Positions 28,501 to 36,200 of a stretch of 57,905 nucleotides of DNA are shown in pieces; the stretch's first letter is position 1, and every line of letters begins with the position of its first letter. Under the pieces are notes generated by a model. The model was not told where the DNA came from. It worked only from the letters and a program-made list of their open reading frames with translations, and did no database searches. The translations under genes and the position numbers were made by a program. The DNA comes from an uncultured bacterium (GTDB taxonomy: Bacteria > Verrucomicrobiota > Kiritimatiellia > RFP12 > UBA3636), in the NCBI GenBank assembly GCA_902793555.1, contig CADBEF010000049.1, positions 1 to 57,905 on the forward strand, written 5' to 3'.

Positions 28501-30128
28501 CCGTGTGGGGCGGCGCGAAGCTGCTCTACGCCGACGGCAAGGTGCTCCCGAACGACGTCCGGCGCACGTCGCGCCAGCTCGGGATCCTCACGCCGCCGGA
28601 GCGCCCCGAGCCGCGCGTGAACGGCCCGCGCGTCTACGGCGTGCGGCCCGGCCGCCCGATCCTCTTCCGCGTGCCCGCGACCGGCGCCGCGCCGCTCCGC
28701 GTCGAGGTGATCGGCCTCGGGCTCGACAGCCCGAAGCTCGCGGGCCTCTCCTACGACCCCGCCACGCGGATCCTCTCCGGCCGCATCGACGAGCCCGGCG
28801 ACTACGCGCTCGCGATCCGCGCGACGAACCGCCTCGGCAGCGACGAGAAGCCGTTCACGATCCGGGTCGGCGAGACGATCTGCCTCACGCCCGCGATGGG
28901 CTGGAGCAGCTGGAACGCGTTCGCCGGAAGCGTCTCGGACGAGAAGGTCCGCGCCGCCGCGGACGCGCTCGTCTCGACCGGGCTGGCGGACCACGGCTGG
29001 GCCTACGTGAACGTCGACGACTTCTGGCAGAACATCCCCGAGCGCGCGAAGGCGGACCCGGCGCTCGACGGCCCCCCGCGCGACGCCGACGGCCGCATCG
29101 CGCCCAACTCGCGCTTCCCCGACATGAAGGCGCTCGCGGACCACATCCACGCGAAGGGCCTCAAGGCCGGCATCTACTCGAGCCCCGGGCCGTTCACCTG
29201 CGGCCGCGCCGCCGGGAGCTGGCAGCACGAGGAGCTCGACGCGAAGACGTTCGCCGAGTGGGGCTTCGACTACCTCAAGCACGACTGGTGCTTCTACGAC
29301 GACGTCGCGTTCGGCTCCGACGTGCTCCGAGCGATGTACCCCTACCTCGTGATGGGCGCCGCGCTGCGCCACCAGAAGCGGGACATCGTCCTCTCGCTCT
29401 GCCAGTACGGCATGGAGAACGTGAGCGCGTGGGGGCGGTGCGTCGGCGGGCAGAGCTGGCGCACGACGGGCGACGTCTTCGACACCTGGTCCTCGGTCTC
29501 CGCCGCCATCGAGAAGCAGAAGCGCCTCTTCCTCTACGCCGGCCCCGGCGCGTGGAACGACCCGGACATGCTCTGCGTCGGCGCGGTCTGCTGGAACGAC
29601 GGCAAGGAGTCGCGCCTCGCGCCGAACGAGCAGTACACGCACGTCTCGATGTGGGCGCTCCTCGCCGCGCCGCTGATGATCGGGTGCGACCTGGCGAAGC
29701 TCTCCCCGTTCACGCGCTCGCTCCTCGCGAACGACGAGGTGATCGAAATCGACCAGGACGAGCTCGGCAAGGCCGCGGGCTGCATCGCCGAGGGCGACGG
29801 CTGGGAGGTCTGGGCGCGCCCGCTCGCCGACGGATCCATCGCCGCCGGGCTCTACAACAAGTCCGGCTTCGAGCGGATGGTGCCCTTCGACCTCAAGAAG
29901 GCCGGGCTGCTCTGCAAGTGGCTCGTGCGCGACGTGTGGCGGCAGGAGGACGTGGGCGTTTTCATGGGCGTCTACGAGGCCTCCGTCCCCGGCCACGCGA
30001 CGCACCTCGTGCGCCTTCGCCCGTGCCGCTGCGGCAGGCTTCGCGACGACGTCACGGACGTCCGCGACGCCGCCTGGCGCCTCCTGCGCGAAAAGGACCT
30101 CGCCCGTTCCTCCGCTTCGGGCGAATGA
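22590..30128 (+). CDS. giant secreted multi-enzyme protein (2512 aa): 2 SGNH domains, CE1-like esterase, 4 Ig-like + 3 CBM-like modules, NPCBM-like, Ig (He_PIG-like), GH27 alpha-galactosidase
   Basis: Signal peptide MKPNSFTFLSAAILAMAAANAPA. SGNH1 (FLGDELVQNW, Ser replaced), SGNH2 (LLGDSITQKW, GRTGDFTENLLWR, LLIGTNN). Esterase VVVFLHGYGQCG..GLSMGGHGTW. NPCBM-like ..GTVALKVLADGREVW.. GH27 motifs LTPAMGWSSWNAF, YVNVDDFW, FDYLKHDWC, WNDPDML. Approximate borders: Ig1 24078-24368, CBM1 24369-24895, esterase 24933-25680, Ig2 25684-25970, CBM2 25971-26525, Ig3 26550-26860, Ig4 26861-27160, CBM3 27175-27725, GH27 from about 28880. Confidence 0.9.
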   Translation: MKPNSFTFLSAAILAMAAANAPAVSIRANTPASRLDAWWTARHAEKVAAVADASVKKDIVFLGDELVQNWETTGAAALASHFAGDRTMFNLGFAGDCTENVLWRIRNGELGSPKAIFLMIGGNNSAIYTKAEEAPGKTIRAVRDIIDYLKANCGSAKIVVQAILPRGLDESNPVRPRNDLVNNEIRRYAGEKGCAWVDMTDLFLESDHHTLKTSLFNADHATLNADGYAVWAQAVAPYVDAASSGAAMPADLVATARPANAVTATYPSSKAVMENFFWEKYLYDLSAIGGKSYDIVLLGDSITQKWSSSDPDSMNGLGSKVFNLGRTGDFTENLLWRLEGGCLDGYTTKFFNLLIGTNNTIQREPAKDDPADIAAGVKAVLDLVLAKHPESKVLLMPILPYGYTNAQHNATGMAQYANNEAANEIIKTYADGQRVILVDVRNQFLNADGTFKGEMYLEKDGDYPDMFLHLSAKGYREIMAPAISAAMASAGASSVTLPALDNVTAQVSGTSATISLSGVTKGTDANGAAASSYSVVSKLDTDAEATVLSGQSGATASFSLADLADGWHSCAVTVRNGDGMVSATKRVKFQIDSQADAVGWKVAPMTADGSAIRGDGTKVFAIAKSGDTAGGVTFDSSSDPSNASLETTPAKDGGDGWGLGVNNNIVNAFWWWNMSGTSTDVTFKLKGLTDGRKYLVQIVASHYHNSSGITISAGDVAPVTANDSNDYRYGAVVTRVFEASGTTENVVVNFSGSSSKFEVKAIQLRELGDGSGGGGGGGGGEDLTGEFVKKTFVASNKLQLPYRVAAKADPNGGKVPVVVFLHGYGQCGVDNSFTINEMSNIQRYLDGAGGPSGYKLLVPQCPNDVKWAEFSMNSTTCTFQDKPSAALQAVFDLLDAYAAMADVDADRIYVTGLSMGGHGTWDAICRRPDFFAAAMPCCGGGDPACAADIAHVPVLAVHNRGDPTIPVEQTEGIVTALRALGSDVIFEKLENNSHDAWTTCYATEDDVTAGAPNHRFVWMFAQNRATNNRPKYPRIAELAAAPSGSNATISLTGVVLGTDADSVPATKYSVAYKLDGGAAVTALSDQTADCSFTLEGLADGNHTCEVTMTTDKGRTKTRSVVFYVNTSAVSDVWTSAQMDEAGDSFSTEGTFVYGYVCNGGTINGIPFERSINLQSSENPPKISFNPNIDGFTGDFLNEGVGGNFGLTLGNGWYWDSDGAGTHTVTLTLSNLEGGKKYLVQFLAHNFFNNTTIVSANGCDPVHIHGDNAESGKYGALVTGVFTAVGATKDVTITYQGGSGKMPFNAVQVRELDGGGGGGGGATVVEPSIGSVTATPDGSTASLFLSGIVMGTDDAGTNATSYSVSYALNGGAAVTALQNLTAATATFSIEGLADGDYACAVTITTDKGKTSAAKSVSFRIGTPPPPVIAPSIAAATANVAGSNATVTLSGIVLGTDDAGTNATSYSVSYALNGGTSVAALANQTTDTASFSIENLADGSYACAVTVTTDKGKTATKSVSFAVSTSGGGGSVVEGWTVGPMAADGSTIRTDGTLLYAYCSPGGTVGGVPFARAVNLDAATMVSASPASAGNSGGSFGDGGATGDFGNMLRDGWYWTGEEVPLSFTLTLSGLTAGHAYLVQLVSHRTSNSTTVSANGSTPVYIHGTHDGVDYTYGASLVGVFTATGATADITVTYPTGTGNRPLNAIQVRDLGEAGGGGFQDWPEDPDTAITDATSPADLGLTGGAFAEAGTTTAELRRLAKWAKKNGVPFGGADVNAMSFDADGNPDNALSAAYLLNCAVAGLDEAKAAFRFAGIDPGTVPAIAGTYNGTVTVFGADAPSGPWQPATDQHQFDVTRVVRGEGVCEVACAAIEKRFSTPAKKHFFGLRTPVPFAVEIPVGGDAAAFEASCGIDAAGAPGTVALKVLADGREVWSGVVAAGAAADLKARADVSGAQTFTLVAEPADGGAGKGVGAVWGGAKLLYADGKVLPNDVRRTSRQLGILTPPERPEPRVNGPRVYGVRPGRPILFRVPATGAAPLRVEVIGLGLDSPKLAGLSYDPATRILSGRIDEPGDYALAIRATNRLGSDEKPFTIRVGETICLTPAMGWSSWNAFAGSVSDEKVRAAADALVSTGLADHGWAYVNVDDFWQNIPERAKADPALDGPPRDADGRIAPNSRFPDMKALADHIHAKGLKAGIYSSPGPFTCGRAAGSWQHEELDAKTFAEWGFDYLKHDWCFYDDVAFGSDVLRAMYPYLVMGAALRHQKRDIVLSLCQYGMENVSAWGRCVGGQSWRTTGDVFDTWSSVSAAIEKQKRLFLYAGPGAWNDPDMLCVGAVCWNDGKESRLAPNEQYTHVSMWALLAAPLMIGCDLAKLSPFTRSLLANDEVIEIDQDELGKAAGCIAEGDGWEVWARPLADGSIAAGLYNKSGFERMVPFDLKKAGLLCKWLVRDVWRQEDVGVFMGVYEASVPGHATHLVRLRPCRCGRLRDDVTDVRDAAWRLLREKDLARSSASGE

Positions 30129-30134
30129 ATCAAA

Positions 30135-30190
30135 TTTACTTGTTTCCGCGTTCCGTGTCCCTGTCTTCGAAACGGGACAACGCCTAGAAT
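30135..30190 (+). promoter_or_regulatory. promoter-like element TTTACT-N44-TAGAAT for 30282..37244
   Basis: TTTACT 30135-30140, TAGAAT 30185-30190. Confidence 0.5.
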
Positions 30191-30281
30191 TCCGCCTTGT
30201 CGAACGGCACCTCCGCCATCGCGGAGCCCGGACCGGCACCACGCAAGGAAAACAACAGCTCATCCAAACACGAGGTTCACC

Positions 30282-33200
30282 ATGAAACTCAAGCTCCTCC
30301 ACTTCCTGTCGGCGGCGATCCTTGCGATGGCCTCGACGGCCGCGTTCGCCGATCCGGTCGTGATCGGCAGCCAGGTGCCGGGATCCGACCACAGCTCGGA
30401 GCCGTGCACGCCGAAAGAGCGCACGGACGACTACCACAAGAACCATTTCTCCGAGGATCTCTCCCAGAGCAACGGCAAGACCCTGGACGTCGTCCTCTTC
30501 GGCGACTCGATCACCGACTTCTGGCCCCATCCCAACCTGAGCTTCGACGGTGACGCCAACAAGACGATCAACATGGGCATCGGGAGCGACCGCGTCCAGA
30601 ACCTTCTGTGGCGACTCCAGAACGGTGCGCTCGACGACTACACCACCAAGTTCCTCACGCTGATGGTGGGCATCAACAACGGACACCAGAAGCGCATCGA
30701 CCATAACGATCCCTGCGACCGCCCCGAGGACGTCGCCGAGTCGATCCGCCTCATGCTCAACGAAATGGCGGCGCGCCAGCCGGACGCGAAGATCCTGCTG
30801 ATGCCGATCCTGCCCTACGCCTTCGAAAGCAAGTATTTCGCCGCGGCGGAGATCAACGCGATGAGCGACGCGGTCAACGACTACATCCTCCAGTTCGTCG
30901 ACAACAAGCGCGTGTTCTGGGTGGACTTCCGCAGCCAGTACCTCAATCCGGACGGCACCTGCAACAAGCAATGCTACCGCCCCGGCGATCTGGGCGGGTA
31001 CGATGCGCGGGGCCAGTGCCTGCACCCGAACTTCAGCACCTACCCCGACATCTTCTATCCGGCGGTGAAGGCCGCTCTCGAGCGGTACCAGGACGGCGCG
31101 GCCGGGACGCCCCATGTCGCGCCACCGTCGATCAGCTTCGCGAAGGCGGCCCCGAACGTCGACGGAGCGGGAACGGCCACGATCACCGTGAACGGCATCT
31201 TCCTCGGCACGGACGCGAACGCGGTTCCCGTCACCTCCTATTCGATGGCCTACGAGCTCGACGACGGACCGAAGACGCAGGCGCTCGCGAACCAGTCGCT
31301 CACGCGCAATTCGTTCGTGATCCCCAACGTCGCCCTCGGCGCGCACACCTGCAAGGTGACCGTCACGACGGCTGACGACAAGGAGCTCGTGACCTCGATC
31401 GACTTCACGATGACCGAACCCTGGGTCGGCGAGGCGCTTCCCGCCACCGACAGCGCCGTTCGGACGGACGGAACGCTCCTCTACGCGTACGCGACCGGCG
31501 CCTACACGCTCAATGGCGTTCAGTTCGCGGCTGCCGGCAACAACAACGCCAGCATCTCCGCAAACATCTCCTGGCCCTACAGCTCGACCTCCGGCTCGCC
31601 GGCACCGGACGGCGTCGCGAGCGGCGCGTACCGCGACTTCCTGACGCACTGCTGGTGGGCGAACCAGGGCGACAAGGAGGTGACGCTCAAGAACCTCACG
31701 CCCGGCCACGTCTATCTCGTCCAGGTTTTCGGCTACCGCAACTACAACAACGACGACAAGGCGTATGTCTGGATCAAAGAGTCGTACTGGGATCCGAACT
31801 ACATCAAGGTCCTCGGCAACGGATGGGAGCGCGGCGGCGTGCTGACGGGAACCATCACGGCGACCGAGGCCACCAAGACGTTCACCATCACGTCCGACGG
31901 CAACTACGCCGTCAACGGCATCCAGGTGCGCGACCTCGGCGCGAGCGGCGTTCCGATCGTCGTCCAGCCGAGGGTCGGCTCGGTCACCGCCACGACGAAC
32001 GGAACGGCGGCGACGGTTTTCCTCTCCGGCATCGCGATGGGGACGGACGATGCCGGCGATAGCGCCACTTCCTACTTCGTCTCCTACTCGCTCGACGACG
32101 CGGTGCCTGTGACCGCGCTCTCGGGCCAGTCCGGCACGTCCGCGCAGTTCACGATCTCCGGCCTCGCGGACGGCGAACACACCTGCGCGGTGACGATCAC
32201 GACCGACAAGAACAAGACCTCCGCGGCGAAGTCCGTCTCCTTCCGGATCGGCGAGCCGCCGGCGCCGGTCGTCGCGCCGTCGATCGGGTCGGTTTCCGTC
32301 TCGACGAACGGCACGACGGCCACGATCTCGCTTTCGGACATCGAGATGGGAACCGACGACGCAGGCGTCGCTGCTACCTCATATTCGGTTTTCTACTCGC
32401 TGACCAATGCGTCTGACGTGGTCGCGCTCGAGGGCCGAAGTGCCGCGACGGCTTCGTTCGACATCGCCGATCTCGCCGACGGGGCTTACTCCTGCGCGGT
32501 GACGATCATGACCGACAAGAACAAGACGTCCGCGGCGAAGTCCGTCAACTTCAGGATTGGCGAGCCGCCGCCGATGCCGGTCGGCTGGACGTCCGAGCCG
32601 ATGGACGCCGCCGGCGCGAAGTTCAGCACGGAAGGCACGCTCGTCTACGCCTATGGAACGCAGGGACAGACCGTCAACGGCGTCGCGTTCACGCGGGCGC
32701 TTCCGCTTTCATCCACGCATAATATCGCCTTCGCGCCGGAGGCTACCGGCTTCGACGGCAGTCTCATGAACGAGGGCGTTTCGGACAGTGGCTACGGGCT
32801 CATCCTCGGCAACGGCTGGACGTGGACGGATTCCTCGACGGACACCAAGGCGGTGACGCTGACGCTGAAGAACCTGACGCCGGGGGAACGGTATCTGGTG
32901 CAGATCCTCTCGCACACGCACTGGAGCGGCAGTATGCTGGTCTCCGCCAATGGCTGCGAAGCGCAGCATGTCTACGGCTCCGACGAGGCCGGCGGAAAGT
33001 ACGGGGCCCTCATGACCGGCACCTTTACGGCTTCGGCCGAGACGCAGGATGTCGAGATCCTCTTTTCCGGCTCGAACGGCGACCGTCCGGTCAACGCCGT
33101 CCAGGTGCGAAACCTTGGCGAAGGCGGCGGCGTGATCGTTATCGCGCCGTCGATCGCGTCGGCGGCCGCCAGCGTCGTCAGCTCGAACGCGACGGTCTCG

Positions 33201-36200
33201 CTCTCCGGCATCGTGCTCGGCACGGACGACGAGGGCGTGGCCGCGACGTCCTACGCGGTCTCCTACGCGCTGAACGGCGAGGCCGCGGTGCCGGCGCTCG
33301 TGAACCAGACCGCCGCCTCGGCGTCGTTCGACATCGAGAACCTCGCCGACGGTTCCTACACCTGCGAAGTCACGATCACGACCGACAAGGGCAAGACGGC
33401 CACGAAGACCGCCTCGTTCGTCGTCAGCACGTCGGGCGGCGGCGGTGGCGGCGGATCCGCCGAGGAGGGCTGGACGGCCGAGCCGCTGAGCGCGACGAGC
33501 GCTTCCATCCGGACCGACGGCACGCTCGTCTACGCCTACGCCCGCGAAAACTACCAGGTCAACGGCGTCTCGTTCGTCAGCGAAGGCACCGACGGCATCG
33601 ACAATGCCAATTGCACCGTGCCCGTCACCCACGATGCCAGCAGTTCGCCACCCTCCGACACCGAACCGGGTGACTACAAGAATCTGCTGGGGAAGGGCTG
33701 GTACGCCAGCGCCGCCAACCGGACGATCACGCTGAAGAACCTCGAAGTCGGCAAACAGTACCTTGTGCAGATCATCGCCTCCCGGAGCGACTACACGACG
33801 CAAACGGCGACGGCCCCGGACGGAGCGGCAACTATCCACTTCAGCGGCACGGGTTGGGAATACGGCGGCTCGCTGACCGGCGTGTTCACGGCCGCGAACG
33901 CGACTCAGCAGTTCACGATCGCCTACGCCGGAAACTCCTGGCTCAACGCCATCCAGGTGCGCGAGCTCGGCGAGGGCGGCGGCGGCGGGACCGACGAGAC
34001 GCCGGTCTACACGCTCACGATCCCGGCGAAGACGGGGCTCGAACTCGTGTCCGTCACGACCAACGGCATCGCGGTCGCGGCCGCGTCCGGCAACGCCTAC
34101 TCCATCGTCTCGAACGACACGGCCACGATCACCTTCGCGGCGGCCTCGGGCTACGAGATCGTGGGCGGCAACCCGGTTGTGCTCACGGTCACGGGCGACA
34201 GGACGCTCGCCGACGCCGAGTATCCGGCCGTGCAGCAGACGGGCGGCGGCAGCGGCGGCGATTTCGAACTCGGCTGGACCGTTTCGCCGATGAGCGCGGA
34301 CGGCGACACGATCGTCACGAACGGGACGCTCGTCTACGCGGTTTCCGTCAAGGAGCAGACGATTCGTGGCGTGAACTTCGAAGGCGCTCCGCTTGCCGCC
34401 GAGATCAACAACAAGGGCTACTTCTCCTTCTCGACTCCGATGACCGCCATGGAGGGCGAATCCGCGGGTCGCGAAGGCTATTGGCCGCAGGACGAAAACC
34501 CGGATCTGGCCGCATTCGGACAGCTCCTCAGCCATATCTGGTGGTGGACGAACTCGGTCTCCGGAACGACCTTGACGTTGAAAGGTCTGACGCGCGGCCG
34601 CGCGTACCTCGTGCAGCTTATCGCCCACGATGTCCGGGCGAACGGCCTCACGATCTCCGCCCGGGGCACGACGCCGAAGCCGGTCCGCGGGAGCAGCGAG
34701 GAGGAATACAAGTACGGCGCGTCCATCGTCGGGACCTTCGTCGCCTCGGCCGAAACGGAGAATGTCTTCATCGAATGGGCGGGCTCCGACGCCAAGCGTC
34801 CGCTCAACGCCGTTCAGGTCCGCGACCTCGGCGAGGTCGCGCCGCCGGTCGTCGAGCCCGAGATCGGCGACCTGTCGGCCGCGCTGAGCGGCCCGACGGC
34901 GGTCATCGTCCTCGGGGACGTCGAGATGGGCACGGACAACGAGGGTGTCGCCGCGACCTCCTACGCGGTCTCCTACGCCCTCGACGACGGCGAGCCGGTG
35001 GAGAAGCTCTGGAACCAGACCGGCTGGTCGGCCTGGTTCAACGTCACGAACCTCGCCGACGGCGCGCACACCGTCGAGGTGACGATCGCGACCGACGCGG
35101 GCGGCGTGGCCTCGAAGACCGTCTCCTTCACGGTCGACTCGACCGCTCCGGCGACGTCCGCCTGGATCGTCGAGCCGATGAGCATGGACGGCGACACGAT
35201 CCGCACGGAGGGCGACCTGCTCTACGCGCAGGCCCCGAACCTCGCGGTCGTGAACGGCGTCAGGTTCGAGCGCACGCCCTGGATCTCGGACGCGAGCTTC
35301 TCCGTTTCGCCCGCGCCGGCCGACGTGCTCTGGAGCGGCATGGGCAACGAGGGCTTTTTCAATGAAGCCAACGCCTACGGTTATCTCCTCACCCACGCGT
35401 GGGCCTGGGACAAGTCAGCGACCGAGACCGAGACGACGGTCACGCTCACGGGCCTGGAGCCCGGCAAGAACTACCTCGTCCAGCTCGTCTCCCACAGCCA
35501 GTATACGGACGCCATGACGGTTTCGGTCGAGGGCACCGAGCCGAAGCCCATCGGGACCCATACTCCCGTCGAGAACCAGGGCACGTTCATCCCCTGGCGG
35601 TACGGCGCGTCGCTCGTCGGCTTCTTCACGGCGTCCGACACGACGCAGGAGTTCACGATCCAGTGGGCCGGGGCGGCGGGATACCACCCGCTCAACGCCC
35701 TGCAGGTGCGCGACCTCGGCCTCGCCGTCCCGGTCGTCGTCGAGCCCTCGATCGGCGCCGCCTCGGCGACGGTGGACGACGATTCGAAGACGGCGTTCGT
35801 CACGCTCTCCGGCGTCGTCAAGGGTACCGACGACGCGTGCAATCCCGCCGCCTCCTACGATGTGACGTACGAGCTCGACGGCGGCGCCTCGGTCCTCGCG
35901 CTCGAGGGCCGCACCGGCGCGACTGCCGCGTTCTCCATCAAGAACCTCGCCGACGGCCCCTACGAGTGCGTGGTCACGATCACGACCGACGCGGGCAAGT
36001 CGGCCTCGAAGACCGTCACGTTCACGGTCAACGGACAGACGCCCCCGTGGATCGTCGAACCGATGACCGGGGACGGCGACACGATCCGCACCAACGGCGT
36101 GCGCCGCTGGGCGTTTTGCGTCGGCGAGGATATCGGCACCCTGGTCGCCAACGGCGTGCAGTTCACGACCTTCGAGAACCTCGACGCGACCCGGCTGTCC

